Shown piece after piece: positions 11,474-23,551 of a DNA stretch of 64,000 bases. Under the pieces are notes generated by a model. The model did not search any database and was not told the origin of the DNA. It worked only from the letters and a program-made list of their open reading frames with translations. Positions within the stretch are counted from its first letter, which is position 1, and every line of letters begins with the position of its first letter. Origin of the DNA: Blastocatellia bacterium. Lineage in GTDB: Bacteria; Acidobacteriota; Blastocatellia; RBC074. The position numbers were made by a program, and so were the translations under genes. Location of the stretch: assembly GCA_038211695.1 (NCBI GenBank), contig JBBQVH010000010.1, positions 2,825-66,824 on the forward strand. Direction: 5' to 3'.

Positions 11474-13114
11474 TCAAGCAGACTTGTTACGCAGTTTGCT
11501 GTGACGTTGGCCATACAGGAAATAAACGACCAGGCCAATCGCCATCCAGATAATCAAGCGCAGCCAGGTGTCCCCGGGCAGACTGGCCATTAGCAGGATG
11601 CTGGTGATGGCGGAAAGTGGCGCCACGATCCAGACGGCCGGAACCCGGAAGGGGCGTGGCAAATCTGGTCTGGTTTTTCGCAGCACCATAATGCCGATGG
11701 ATACGATTACAAAGGCAAAGAGAGTCCCGATGCTGACCAATTCGCCCAGCAGACTGATCGGAACCAACGCCGCCATGATTGCCACAATCGCGCCGGTCAG
11801 CAACGTTGTAATCCAGGGCGTACGGTATTTCGGATGAATTTTGGCAGCCCATGCAGGCAGCAACCCATCTTTCGCCATGGAATAGAAAACACGCGGCTGT
11901 CCCATCATCATCACCACCATCGTTGAGCTTAAGCCGAGCACCGCGCCGATCTTGATAATCAGCGAAAACGATTTGAGGAGATAGCTGATTGTCGAACCGA
12001 TTACTGCTTTTTGCGATGCGGCATCAATGGCGACTGCAATCGGAGCGGCAGCTTCCTTAAGCTGCGTATAAGAGACCAGCCCAACCATGATTCCTGAAAC
12101 CAGGATGTAAAGCACCGTGCAAATCAGCAATGAGCCGATGATCGCCCGGGGCATATCGCGCTGCGGATTTTTCGCCTCCTGCGCAGCGGTGGAGACGGCA
12201 TCAAAACCGATATAGGCGAAGAAGATGACCGCCGCACCGGTAAAGATTCCGCTGACCCCAAACTCGCCGAAGGTTCCAGTATTCGGCGGAATGAATTGAA
12301 TGCAATCGCCCACGCCGGGCGTGCATCCCATGCCCAGATAGTGCGTGTTGACGTAGCCGATGCCAGCAACAATGAAAAGAACAACCACCGCAATCTTGAT
12401 TATCACGATCACGGTATTGAAGTTCGCTGATTCCTGAATTCCTTTGACCAGCAGCAGCGTGATCGCGATGGAGATAAGAAAAGCAGGAAGGTTGAAAATG
12501 GCGGTGGCCGTTGGCGCGCTGATGCCGGCTTGCGATATGGCCGTCGCCAGTTCAGTGGTCAACATGTTGTACCCGGCAGAGGGGTGCAAGATCGTTTCGC
12601 CAATTTTGACATTGTCGAGTTGAGTAGCAGCAGCCTGCGTCAGACTAGCAAACTTGATTCCAGGAGCCGCACTCATCGTGATGGGAAACGGGATGCCCAA
12701 ACTACCCAACAGACTGACCACATTGCCAGACCAGCCCACTGCCACCGTCGCTGCGCCGAATGCATATTCCAGAATCAAATCCCACCCGATAATCCACGCG
12801 ACAAACTCGCCGAGCGTGGCATAGCCATACGCGTAAGCCGAGCCGGAAATCGGCACGCTGGCAGCAAACTCCGAATAACAAAGCGCGGCAAACAGGCTGA
12901 CGATGCCTGCGATAATCATTGACACAACGACTGCCGGCCCCGCGTGTTTACCCGCAGCCTGTCCGGTCAGCACAAAAATTCCAGTGCCGATAATTGCGCC
13001 AATGCCGAGCATGGTCAGCGCTGTTGCGCTGAGGGTTTTCTTTAGTGTGTGTTCGCCTTCCGATTGCGCCTCGGCGATGATCTGGTCAATGGGCTTGGTT
13101 GCAAACAATGACAT
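11474..13114 (-). CDS. APC superfamily amino-acid permease
   Basis: 12-TM pattern; N-terminal consensus [22 protein letters not shown]...SGSAYAYGY. The start is taken at the ATG 7 nt after a GGAGG; the ORF track extends to 13156. Confidence 0.8.
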   Translation of the reverse strand: MSLFATKPIDQIIAEAQSEGEHTLKKTLSATALTMLGIGAIIGTGIFVLTGQAAGKHAGPAVVVSMIIAGIVSLFAALCYSEFAASVPISGSAYAYGYATLGEFVAWIIGWDLILEYAFGAATVAVGWSGNVVSLLGSLGIPFPITMSAAPGIKFASLTQAAATQLDNVKIGETILHPSAGYNMLTTELATAISQAGISAPTATAIFNLPAFLISIAITLLLVKGIQESANFNTVIVIIKIAVVVLFIVAGIGYVNTHYLGMGCTPGVGDCIQFIPPNTGTFGEFGVSGIFTGAAVIFFAYIGFDAVSTAAQEAKNPQRDMPRAIIGSLLICTVLYILVSGIMVGLVSYTQLKEAAAPIAVAIDAASQKAVIGSTISYLLKSFSLIIKIGAVLGLSSTMVVMMMGQPRVFYSMAKDGLLPAWAAKIHPKYRTPWITTLLTGAIVAIMAALVPISLLGELVSIGTLFAFVIVSIGIMVLRKTRPDLPRPFRVPAVWIVAPLSAITSILLMASLPGDTWLRLIIWMAIGLVVYFLYGQRHSKLRNKSA

Positions 13115-13311
13115 CCTAGTCCTCCTTGGCCTGACTGTAAGCAGGCCGGTTCGCATTTACTCAAGTAATGCTGGGGTCAGCAGGTGAATTTCTGTTGAAG
13201 TTGCGTTCGATTGCGTGTGGAATCGCGGATTGATCGAAAAACTCGTGCGGCGATTCCGAAGTGGCGCATACTCTAAACGCTGTCTTCGGAAAGCGTCAAT
13301 GCCTGACAGGC

Positions 13312-14817
13312 TTAATCTTCAAGCGCTTCGCTGGGAACGATGCCACGTTTGCGAGCCTGCGCGCGCCAAAGGAAGTAGACCGGCAAGCCGGTCGCGACAA
13401 TCGCCAATCCCGGCAGCGTCGTTTTCGGCTGATAGATGAAGAGCACCAGCAGAATGACCGTCGCGCCAATGATGTATAGCGCAGGCACTACTGGATAGCC
13501 GAAGGCTTTGTAAGGCCGCGGCACGTCCGGCTGTTTGCGGCGCAGCAGGTAAATTCCGGCAATCGTCAGAATGTAGAAGATCAGCGCCGCTGAAATCACA
13601 TAGGTCAGCAAATCGCCGTACAGATTGCCGTAGCTGACCGAGCCGTCCGCTGCCGTTTTTATCGTGCGCGGCAAAACATAAAATGCCGCCAGCAATCCCT
13701 GAATCAACAGTCCCCAAGCCGGGACTGAATGCCGGTTAAATTCGCTCGCCTTTTTGAAAAACAGCCCATCGTGCGACATCGCGTAATAAGCGCGCGCGCC
13801 GGCCAAGATCAATCCGTTGTTACAGCCAAAGGTTGAAATCAGCATCACCGCCGCCATCAGCGTTGCACCAATGCCGGGGAAGATCACGTTGGCCGTGGCC
13901 GCCGCCACGCGATCACTGGGTACTTGCTGAATCGTTTCCAGCGGAAGCGTCACCAGATAAGCGATGTTGGCCAGCAGATAAAGCGTAATTACCAGTCCCG
14001 TGCCCAACGCCAGCGAAAGCGGAATGTTGCGCTTCGGGTCTTTCACTTCGCCCGCGGTGAAGGTGATGTTGTTCCAGGCATCGGCGGAAAACAGCGAATT
14101 GGTCTGCGCCACGCAAAGTCCGACGAACAATCCGAATGTGGTTGCCGCAGTCAACCCCTGCCCAACATCTTGCAAGGTGCCTCGAACCGCCCAGAAGTTG
14201 CCGAAGTTCGCGTGAATTGCGCCGGAGTTCCAGCCAACCAGAATGCCCAGCACAATCAGCGCGATCAATCCGCCGGTTTTGGCCACGGTGAAAACGTTCT
14301 GGACCAGCTTGCCCAGCTTCAGTCCGCGCGTGTTCATCCACGTCAGCAAAGCGATCATCAGCACGCCGACAAGCTGCGCCGTCGAAAGCGAAACTCCATA
14401 GCTTGAACCCAGGTGAATCGGCTTAATGAGGTAATTCGTTTCGGAGATCGTCGGCCACAGCACGCCCAGAAAACGGGCAAAGCCAACGGCCACCGCCGCA
14501 ATCGTTCCCGTCTGAATGACCAGAAACAGCGTCCAGCCGTAAAGGAATCCCCACAACGGAGAAAACGCTTCGCGCAGGTAGACGTATTGTCCGCCTGCTT
14601 TTGGCATCATCGCCGCCAGTTCGCCATAACTGAGCGCGCCAACCAGCGTCAGAAAGCCCGTAATCAACCACACCACCAGCAGCCAGCCGGGCGAACCGAC
14701 CTGCCGTGCAATGTCCGCTGAAACGATAAAGATGCCCGACCCGATCATCGAACCTGCCACGATCATCGTTGAATCGAGCAGACCCAGACCACGAACGAAC
14801 TTTTCTTCTTGTGCCAT
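13312..14817 (-). CDS. APC superfamily amino-acid permease (second paralogue)
   Basis: MIVAGSMIGSGIFIVSADI...GGQYVYLREAF; 12 TM. Confidence 0.8.
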   Translation of the reverse strand: MAQEEKFVRGLGLLDSTMIVAGSMIGSGIFIVSADIARQVGSPGWLLVVWLITGFLTLVGALSYGELAAMMPKAGGQYVYLREAFSPLWGFLYGWTLFLVIQTGTIAAVAVGFARFLGVLWPTISETNYLIKPIHLGSSYGVSLSTAQLVGVLMIALLTWMNTRGLKLGKLVQNVFTVAKTGGLIALIVLGILVGWNSGAIHANFGNFWAVRGTLQDVGQGLTAATTFGLFVGLCVAQTNSLFSADAWNNITFTAGEVKDPKRNIPLSLALGTGLVITLYLLANIAYLVTLPLETIQQVPSDRVAAATANVIFPGIGATLMAAVMLISTFGCNNGLILAGARAYYAMSHDGLFFKKASEFNRHSVPAWGLLIQGLLAAFYVLPRTIKTAADGSVSYGNLYGDLLTYVISAALIFYILTIAGIYLLRRKQPDVPRPYKAFGYPVVPALYIIGATVILLVLFIYQPKTTLPGLAIVATGLPVYFLWRAQARKRGIVPSEALED

Positions 14818-14985
14818 AGGTGAATTTTGGAGTTTCGATTTTTGCTTGTGGATGTGACCAACTTATGGATCGAGATGAAAGCGAAACGTAAGACGTTCGG
14901 TAATTCAAAATCCAAAACCCAAAATTCAGGTTGGAGAAAGAAAAGGGCGATCCGAATTACGAATCGCCCTTGGAAGACTGCCACA

Positions 14986-16422
14986 TTACTTGCCCGGCGA
15001 AGCTGCCGGTTGCGCTGGCGGTGATGCGGGTTGCCCCTGCTGCGGCTGCGCCTGTTGCTGCACCTGCGCCGGTGGTGACTTCTTGTTGAATAAACTCTCG
15101 CCCAGATTCAAAAAGTCATTGCCGAAAACGAAGATGATCAATGCGCCAACGATGGCCAACCCCACGCTTTGAATCCGTTCGCGCAGCTTCATCGTCATCG
15201 TCAGCCCGACCAGACCCATGATCGCTTCGACAAACAGCATCAGAATCATTCCGCCGTCCAGCACTGGAATCGGCAGCAGATTGAAGATGCCCAGGTTCAG
15301 GCTCAGAAAGCCCATCCAGCCGATCATGCTGGCCCATCCGCCAGCGTTATAAGTTTCCACCGTCGCTTTGGCCATTCCCACCGGCCCTTGCAGCGAAGTG
15401 CGCACCGAACGGCTGCCATTGAAAATCTGCCGGAAGCCGATTGCCGTTCCACGCAGAATGCGCCAGTTGAAGTTCCACCCGTAGCTAAATGCCGAAGCCA
15501 GCGAAGACGTCTTAATCAGCACTGAAGTGTCGGGAGTAAAACCCAGCTTGTATTCGCCATCCAGGATCGTCGGGGTCGCCAGCAATTCCTGATTGCTGCC
15601 GTTGCGGTCAACCTTCAGCGCCAACGCCTGGCCATTGCCCGTTTGCAGCACTTCCTTGAACTGATGCCATGAGTTGATGGACTGGCCATTGATGGCAGTG
15701 ATCTTGTCACCGGCTTTCAGACCGGCTGTGTCCGCAGGCATTTTCGACATTACGCCAACCACGCGAATATTCGTCAGCGGGATATAAGATTCAATGCCCG
15801 ATTCGCCGAACTTCTCTTTCTGTACCTGACGGGCATGGGGTTTAAGCGTGACATCCATTTGCTGCCCATTGCGCTCAATTCGCAGCGGGATGGTTTCTTG
15901 CGGCCGCAGGAAAATTTCAAAGCGCAGGTCTTCCCAGCTTGGGTTCTCGTGGCCTTCATACGCCAGAATACGGTCGCCCGGACGCAGCCCAGCTTCTTCC
16001 GCGGCGGAGGCAGGCGCGATGCGGCCAATGACCGGCTGTTGCGCGCGATCCGCCATGTCCCTGTAGCCAATCAAAATACTGATCGTCGGGATTAACAGCG
16101 CCGTCGCAATGTTAAACGCCGGCCCGGCCAGCGCCACCAAAAAGCGTTTCCACTTCGGATGCGAATTGAATTCGTCCGCTGGCGCATCGCTCTTCCCCTG
16201 CAACATCTCTAGATTTTCACCGCGAAACCGCACATAACCGCCCAGCGGCACCGCGCTGAACCGGTAATCGGTTTCGCCGTATTTGAAGCCGAACAACCGT
16301 GGGCCAAACCCGACGGAAAAAACTTCAACGCCGATGCCCAGCATTTTGGCAACAATGAAGTGGCCAAATTCGTGAATGACCACCATCGTGCAAAGCACAA
16401 CGATAAAAGCAACTATACCCAC
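14986..16422 (-). CDS. rseP: RIP metalloprotease RseP (M50 site-2 protease with PDZ domains) plus a Q/P-rich C-terminal tail
   Basis: HEFGHF zinc motif near the N-terminus, two PDZ-like segments, and a C-terminal LDG motif region. GTG start 7 nt after AAGGAG. The tail NKKSPPAQVQQQAQPQQGQPASPPAQPAASPGK is atypical. Confidence 0.8.
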   Translation of the reverse strand: MGIVAFIVVLCTMVVIHEFGHFIVAKMLGIGVEVFSVGFGPRLFGFKYGETDYRFSAVPLGGYVRFRGENLEMLQGKSDAPADEFNSHPKWKRFLVALAGPAFNIATALLIPTISILIGYRDMADRAQQPVIGRIAPASAAEEAGLRPGDRILAYEGHENPSWEDLRFEIFLRPQETIPLRIERNGQQMDVTLKPHARQVQKEKFGESGIESYIPLTNIRVVGVMSKMPADTAGLKAGDKITAINGQSINSWHQFKEVLQTGNGQALALKVDRNGSNQELLATPTILDGEYKLGFTPDTSVLIKTSSLASAFSYGWNFNWRILRGTAIGFRQIFNGSRSVRTSLQGPVGMAKATVETYNAGGWASMIGWMGFLSLNLGIFNLLPIPVLDGGMILMLFVEAIMGLVGLTMTMKLRERIQSVGLAIVGALIIFVFGNDFLNLGESLFNKKSPPAQVQQQAQPQQGQPASPPAQPAASPGK

Positions 16423-16701
16423 CTTGCTACTCCTTATTCTCAGGCCGCAGTGATTTTGCTTTTCCCCGGCCCGTGAAACGCGGCTCATTTGGCCGCAAAC
16501 AACATTTTTTCAATAGGCGCGGAGTGTATTTCAGGCCAGATGGCAGTGTCAAAGTAGCGTCTCTAACCCACTGACAAGCTTTGGTGATGGCCGTCTTGTT
16601 TGGCAGTAACGCTGCTGAAACGTTAGACTGTGGCTTCTGGTTTAGGCAGTTTGCTCAAACCTCGAATGTTTTCGAACACTTCAGAACCCAAAGTAAAAAT
16701 T

Positions 16702-16935
16702 ATGTCAGTACGAGTCAAAGCAATATATGAACAAGGCGTGTTGCGCCCTGTCAAACCGCTGAATTTGCCCGAAGGCGAGCAGGTGGAGTTGAACCTAGTT
16801 ACACTCTCCGAGGCCGAAGCGACGCGGTTATCAAAAGCCGAGAGCGAGGCGAGAGACATTGAGATCATTAATCGGAATCTTGATGAACTAAACGCAGAAG
16901 CCTTGGATGCACTCAGGTATCAGGTAGAACTGTGA
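16702..16935 (+). CDS. Type II antitoxin, DUF104/AF2212-like family
   Basis: MSVRVKAIYEQGVLRPVKPLNLPEGEQVELNLV matches the small antitoxin family signature. The stop is 3 nt before the toxin start. Confidence 0.55.
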   Translation: MSVRVKAIYEQGVLRPVKPLNLPEGEQVELNLVTLSEAEATRLSKAESEARDIEIINRNLDELNAEALDALRYQVEL

Positions 16936-16938
16936 AAC

Positions 16939-17269
16939 GTGGGGAACTATTATTTGGTACCGGATCTGTCTGGCAGAGACCCTAAACGCAATCGTGCGTA
17001 CGTCATTGTCAGCCGCCATGGGTTGATTGAAACAGGTTTCTCCACGGTGATCTGCGCTCCGGTCTATTCGCATCATCATGGCTTAACAACCCAGGTGCGC
17101 GTAGGAATTGATGAGGGCTTGAAACACGATAGCAGCATTCACTGCGATGAATTGATGAGTCTGATCAGATCGCGTTTGACTCGTTACCTCGGCACACTTC
17201 CACCTGAAAAAATCAAAGAACTCAACCAGGCTCTGAAAGCAGCCTTGTCGCTAGATGAGCAAGCAGCAA

Positions 17270-17280
<11 letters not shown>
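16939..17280 (+). CDS. MazF/PemK family toxin (endoribonuclease)
   Basis: [31 protein letters not shown]...VRVG...[15 protein letters not shown] matches the PemK/MazF fold signature. GTG start. Its 3' end overlaps the rimO start. Confidence 0.65.
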
Positions 17281-18653
<1,373 letters not shown>

Positions 18654-18661
<8 letters not shown>

Positions 18662-19223
18662 AAGCAAGATTGAAGAGAGCCGGTCCAAGCGCGGTTCATC
18701 AATGAAGATCAAGGGGCCGATTGATCTGCTGGCTGTCTTCATTGCCACTGGCGGCGGCGCGGGGGTGATTCCGTTCGGCCCTGGCACGTGGGGATCGCTG
18801 GTCGGATTGCTGATGGCGTACGGACTGATCGCCGCTTTCAATCAGAATGTTGCGTTGCTGCAAAACGCCTTGATCATCGTCAGCTTGTTTTTGGCGCTGA
18901 TTGGAATTTGGGCCGGCACGCGGGCTGAGACTATTTTTGATCGCAAAGACGCCGGGCAGATCGTCATTGATGAAGTTTGCGGCCAAGTCATTGCCTTCGT
19001 TTTCATCGCCCCCTTTCTGCCAATTCTGGCCAAATTCGGCGGCCAGTGGCGCTGGTGGCTGATCCCCGGTTTTCTGCTCTTTCGTGCGTTCGATATTTTC
19101 AAACCTTATCCCATCAACCGGCTGCAATCGTTGACCGGCGGCGTAGGCGTGATGATGGATGACATTGTCGCGGGAATATACGCGGCGGTGCTGATGTCGC
19201 TGGCGCTGTGGTTGACAACCTAA
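18654..19223 (+). CDS. pgpA: Phosphatidylglycerophosphatase A
   Basis: GPGTWGSLVG...FDIFKPYPI...GGVGVMMDDIVAGIYA are PgpA signatures. Confidence 0.7.
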
Positions 19224-19262
19224 ACCCGCTCCCTACTGGTTGCGGTACTGACCTGAACTTTT

Positions 19263-20501
19263 ATGCTGAACGCTGAAATTATTGCCATCGGATCAGAGAT
19301 GCTGACGCCGTTTCGTGTGGACACTAATTCGCTGTGGCTGACCGAACGCCTGAATTCAATGGGCATTGACGTCAAGCTGAAGACCGTCGTCGGCGACGAC
19401 GAAGCGCGGTTGGAAGAAACCATCCGCGACGCGATGAAACGATCGGAGATTGTCATCGCCACTGGCGGGCTTGGCCCCACTGAAGACGACATCACACGCA
19501 AGATGTTCGCCCGCGTGTTGAAACGCCAGTTGATCCTGAACGATGAGATTCTGGAAAAGCTTCGCGCTCGATTTGCCAAACGAAACATGCCGATGCCCGA
19601 AATCAACGCCCGGCAAGCGCTGGTGATGAACGGCGCGGACATTCTGGCCAACCCGAACGGCACCGCGCCGGGAATGATGGTGCAGGAAGCCACATGCACG
19701 GTCGTGATGCTGCCCGGCCCGCCGCGCGAGATGAAGCCGATGTTTGACGCTTCGGTCGCGCCTGTACTCAAAAAACGCGTCGGCGACGTGCTGATCCTGC
19801 GCCGCAAACTGAGCATCTTCGGCCTGACCGAATCTCGCACAGACGAACTAGCCGCGCCCATCTACACCAGATACAAAAATCCTTCGACGACGATTCTGTT
19901 CAAAGAAGGCCAGATCGAACTGCATTTGACCGCGCAGGTGAAAAGCGAAGCCGAGGGCAACCGGCTGCTGGATGAACTCAGCGGTCAGTTGGAGGAAGCG
20001 CTGGGCGAATACGTCTATTCACGGCGCGAAAATGAAACGCTGGAACATGTCGTCGGCGAACTACTGCGCTGGCGCGGGTACAGTCTGGCAACGGCTGAAA
20101 GCTGCACCGGCGGGTTGCTGGCCGGACGCATCACCAACGTCGCTGGCAGTTCGGAATACTTTCTGGAAGGCGTCGTGACCTACTCAAACGAAGCCAAGAC
20201 GCGAATGCTGGGCGTGCCGGACGCAATGATCGAAGAACACGGCGCGGTCAGCGAACCGGTCGCCTGCGCAATGGCCGAAGGCGTTCGCGAACTTGCCGGT
20301 TCCACTTTCGGCATCGGCATCACCGGCATTGCCGGGCCAGGCGGCGGCAGCGAAGAGAAACCTGTCGGCCTGGTCTATATCGCACTGGCTGAAGATGGAA
20401 ACGTCACCCCGCGCAAACTGATCTTCCCCGGCGACCGGCAGTTCATTCGCACGCTGGCCGTCAATTCTGCGCTTGATCTGTTGCGGCGACGGATTAAATA
20501 A
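19263..20501 (+). CDS. cinA: Competence/damage-inducible protein CinA (MoCF-binding N-domain plus NMN deamidase C-domain)
   Basis: N-terminus AEIIAIGSEMLTPFRVDTNS...IATGGLGPTEDDIT; C-terminal PncC-like LATAESCTGGLLA. Confidence 0.85.
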   Translation: MLNAEIIAIGSEMLTPFRVDTNSLWLTERLNSMGIDVKLKTVVGDDEARLEETIRDAMKRSEIVIATGGLGPTEDDITRKMFARVLKRQLILNDEILEKLRARFAKRNMPMPEINARQALVMNGADILANPNGTAPGMMVQEATCTVVMLPGPPREMKPMFDASVAPVLKKRVGDVLILRRKLSIFGLTESRTDELAAPIYTRYKNPSTTILFKEGQIELHLTAQVKSEAEGNRLLDELSGQLEEALGEYVYSRRENETLEHVVGELLRWRGYSLATAESCTGGLLAGRITNVAGSSEYFLEGVVTYSNEAKTRMLGVPDAMIEEHGAVSEPVACAMAEGVRELAGSTFGIGITGIAGPGGGSEEKPVGLVYIALAEDGNVTPRKLIFPGDRQFIRTLAVNSALDLLRRRIK

Positions 20502-20534
20502 TGCGGCAACAATATTGAAAGGAGCAGGCAAGAG

Positions 20535-20846
20535 ATGAAAGCAACAACGTCAAAATCCAAAGTCAGAATCGTGATCGCCAACACGCCAAAGAAGACAGCA
20601 GCCCGTCGCCCGAAGCGGAATGTGCCGCCCATTACAATCAATCCTGAGCGGCTGGGAGGAACTCCGACAATTGCCGGTACGCGGCTGCCGGTCGTGACGT
20701 TGATTGATTATCTCAATGACGAGGAAGCCATCAACAATTTCAAACTTGATTTTCCGGGCACGACTGACGAGCAAATTCAAGCCGTCCTTGAGCGTGTTCG
20801 GGAAGCGCTGGAAGAAGGTTGGTTGGCGGAACGAATTGATTATTGA
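20535..20846 (+). CDS. DUF433 domain protein (putative antitoxin)
   Basis: RLGGTPTIAGTRLPVVTLIDYL is the DUF433 core. A 4-nt overlap with the downstream gene couples the two translationally. Confidence 0.6.
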   Translation: MKATTSKSKVRIVIANTPKKTAARRPKRNVPPITINPERLGGTPTIAGTRLPVVTLIDYLNDEEAINNFKLDFPGTTDEQIQAVLERVREALEEGWLAERIDY

Positions 20847-21223
20847 TGCGCTTACTTTTCGACAAAGGGGTGCCGGTCAGACTGCGTCATTCGCTGTCAG
20901 CCCATAGCATAACCACGGTGCAGGCTCTGGACTGGGAAGAACTCAAGAACGGCGCCCTCCTGACAATCGCGCAAACTCAGTTTGATGTGTTGATCACGAC
21001 AGATTCGAACATGAAATATCAGCAGCGCCTGGACGCTTACGACATTGTCCTGGTTGTCTTGCGCGCCTTCAACACCAAGCTCAAATCTTACCTTCCGTTA
21101 GTTCCCGAAATAGAAGCAGTCCTAAACCAGATTCAGCCGGGCAATGTGGTCTACATCTACGCCGATCAAAAACTGGCCTTGAAGGATCAGCGCAAAGGCA
21201 CCAAGAGGAGAAGTCCCGAATGA
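20843..21223 (+). CDS. DUF5615 family PIN-like protein (putative toxin partner of DUF433)
   Basis: MRLLFDKGVP...DVLITTDSNM is the DUF5615 pattern, with the conserved DUF433-DUF5615 gene order. Confidence 0.55.
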   Translation: MMRLLFDKGVPVRLRHSLSAHSITTVQALDWEELKNGALLTIAQTQFDVLITTDSNMKYQQRLDAYDIVLVVLRAFNTKLKSYLPLVPEIEAVLNQIQPGNVVYIYADQKLALKDQRKGTKRRSPE

Positions 21224-21846
21224 TGACTTCAGAGACTCTTGCGCTTGTCGCGGCCTATCTGCTCGGATCAATCCCTTTCGGCTTTTTGATCGTGAAGCTA
21301 AAGAGCGGCGCGGACGTGCGCCAGACAGGCAGCGGTGGCACGGGCGCGACCAACGTCTCGCGCAAAGCAGGCAAGAGCGCGGGGATCATCACGCTGATTC
21401 TGGATGCGTTGAAAGGCACGGCGGCAGTAGCCCTGGCGCGATGGCTGACGGGCGAATCGGGAACTTCGTGGGTTATCGCGGGCGCGGCAGTGCTGGCCGT
21501 CGTCGGGCATTGCTTCTCTGTCTGGTTGAAGTTCAAAGCGGGCAAGGGCGTGGCGACGGGGTTGGGCGTATTCGTGGCAATTGTGCCGTGGTCGGTGCTG
21601 GCGGCGGTTGTAGTTTTTGCGTTTATCTTCTGGCGGACGCGGTATGTTTCGCTGGGGTCGGTGGCGGCGGCGGCGATCATTCCATTGTGGACGCTGATTC
21701 AGCACACGCTGATTTCGCCAATGGCTGATTTCGCGCCGATTCTGGTGGCGCTGTGTGTGGCTTCGGCAATCATCATTGCCAAGCATCACGAAAACATTGG
21801 CCGGTTAATGGCAAGGACAGAAAGCCGGTTCGGCGTGGCGAAGTAG
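21220..21846 (+). CDS. plsY: Glycerol-3-phosphate acyltransferase PlsY
   Basis: AAYLLGSIPFGFL...RQTGSGGTGATNVSR...LDALKG. Confidence 0.85.
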   Translation: MMTSETLALVAAYLLGSIPFGFLIVKLKSGADVRQTGSGGTGATNVSRKAGKSAGIITLILDALKGTAAVALARWLTGESGTSWVIAGAAVLAVVGHCFSVWLKFKAGKGVATGLGVFVAIVPWSVLAAVVVFAFIFWRTRYVSLGSVAAAAIIPLWTLIQHTLISPMADFAPILVALCVASAIIIAKHHENIGRLMARTESRFGVAK

Positions 21847-21885
21847 CGAATTTCAAATCTGAGATTTGGAATTTGAGATTGAGCG

Positions 21886-22890
21886 ATGAAGAAGATCGCA
21901 ATTATCGGGGCGGGGAGTTGGGGAACCGCGTTGGCGCTGGTTGCAGCGCGCGCGGGCAATCAGGTTCGACTGTGGGCGCACAGTGCGGAGGTCGTCGAAG
22001 GCTTATTGTACAGGCGCGAGAACAAGATTTACCTGCCGGGTTTTCCGCTGCCTGATTCGATCCTGCCAACCAATGATCTGGCTGAAGCATTGGCGAAAGC
22101 CGACATTGTTTTGGTTGCCGTTCCATCGCACGTTTGCCGCGACATTTATTCGCAGATGTCGCCGCATTTGCGCCCGCAGATGATCGTTGTCAGCGCGACC
22201 AAAGGCATTGAGATCGCTACTGGAATGCGCATGGAAGAAGTCGTGCGCGATGTGTTGAAAGATCGGTTTGCGCCGAACTACGTCGTGTTGTCCGGGCCAA
22301 GTTTTGCAGAAGAGGTTGCGAAAGATGAACCCTGCGCAATTGTCGCGGCTTCCATATCTGGCGAAAGTGCGGCGGCGGTGCAGCAGGCGCTTTCGTCCAA
22401 TCGCTTTCGCATTTACACCAGTGGCGATGTGATCGGAGTTGAAACCGCAGGCGCGGTCAAAAACGTGATGGCAATTGCGACAGGCGCAGTCAATGGATTG
22501 GGCTTGGGCTACAATAGCGCGGCTGCTTTGGTCACGCGCGGGCTGGCGGAAATCACAAGACTGGCAGTGAAGCTGGGCGGGCGGCCCGAAACGCTGGCGG
22601 GCCTGGCCGGAATGGGCGATCTGGTGCTGACCTGTTTCGGCAATCTTTCGCGCAATCGCAAAGTCGGGGTTGAACTCGGGCGCGGACGCAAATTGGAAGA
22701 CATCATCGGCGAAATGCGCGAAGTGGCCGAAGGCGTCAGGACGGCGAAGGCCGCACACGAACTGGCTGGCAGGCTGGGCGTTGAGATGCCGATCACCACG
22801 GGCGTTTACCAGATGCTGTACGAAGGCAAAAGCCCGCGCGAATTGGAAGTGGAATTGATGGAGCGCCCCTTGAAATCGGAGAGAGTTTAG
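21886..22890 (+). CDS. gpsA: NAD(P)H-dependent glycerol-3-phosphate dehydrogenase
   Basis: Rossmann motif IAIIGAGSWGTALA. GpsA-length protein with a conserved C-terminal region. Confidence 0.9.
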   Translation: MKKIAIIGAGSWGTALALVAARAGNQVRLWAHSAEVVEGLLYRRENKIYLPGFPLPDSILPTNDLAEALAKADIVLVAVPSHVCRDIYSQMSPHLRPQMIVVSATKGIEIATGMRMEEVVRDVLKDRFAPNYVVLSGPSFAEEVAKDEPCAIVAASISGESAAAVQQALSSNRFRIYTSGDVIGVETAGAVKNVMAIATGAVNGLGLGYNSAAALVTRGLAEITRLAVKLGGRPETLAGLAGMGDLVLTCFGNLSRNRKVGVELGRGRKLEDIIGEMREVAEGVRTAKAAHELAGRLGVEMPITTGVYQMLYEGKSPRELEVELMERPLKSERV

Positions 22891-22893
22891 ACG

Positions 22894-23382
22894 TTGATGA
22901 ATGGCGAGTATCGAATTCGAGCCGCAACGCCGGATGACGCAAGCGTGATTGCGCATCACCGTGGAACGATGTTTCGTAGTATGGGAGATTTTGATGAAGC
23001 TGCGGCCGCCAAAGTCGCCGAAGCCTCCTTGCCGCTGTTGAATGAAATGTTGGCGCGCGGTGACTATCTGGGCTGGCTGGTTATGTACAATGACAAATCT
23101 GTGGCGGCAGGAGGCGGAATGATCTTGCGAAAACTGTTGCCGCGCCCACAGGCACTGCAAGGTGGGACTGAAAGCTTGATCGTTAACATCTACACCGAAC
23201 CTGAACATCGCCATCGCGGGCTGGCTCGACTGTTAATGCAAACCATGCTGGATTGGTGCAGAGAGCATCAGGTCGCCAATGTGGTATTACACGCTTCGGA
23301 CGAAGGCCGCCCGCTTTATCAAACGCTGGGCTTTGTTCAGACCAACGAAATGCGCTGGCAGCCCCGTCGGCAAGATCAGTAG
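22894..23382 (+). CDS. GNAT family N-acetyltransferase
   Basis: IYTEPEHRHRGLARLLM acetyl-CoA-binding block. Confidence 0.7.
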   Translation: MMNGEYRIRAATPDDASVIAHHRGTMFRSMGDFDEAAAAKVAEASLPLLNEMLARGDYLGWLVMYNDKSVAAGGGMILRKLLPRPQALQGGTESLIVNIYTEPEHRHRGLARLLMQTMLDWCREHQVANVVLHASDEGRPLYQTLGFVQTNEMRWQPRRQDQ

Positions 23383-23551
23383 AAAATTGGACGGTGGCTC
23401 AAAAGGGGAGAAGAAGAGATGACGGAACAAACGAAAATAACGAAACAAACGGAAACGGAACTCGTCTTTGGCAATGCCTTTTCCGTCTCTTCAGTTATTT
23501 CAGTTTGTTCCGTCATCTCTCCTGATTGACCCACTACCGAAGATTGTTTCA

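Noticed and set aside
22003-23214. 403-aa minus-strand ORF antisense to gpsA and the GNAT gene
   Set aside because: Arg/Ala/Gln-rich, low-complexity translation typical of antisense frames in high-GC DNA. It fully overlaps two well-supported plus-strand genes.
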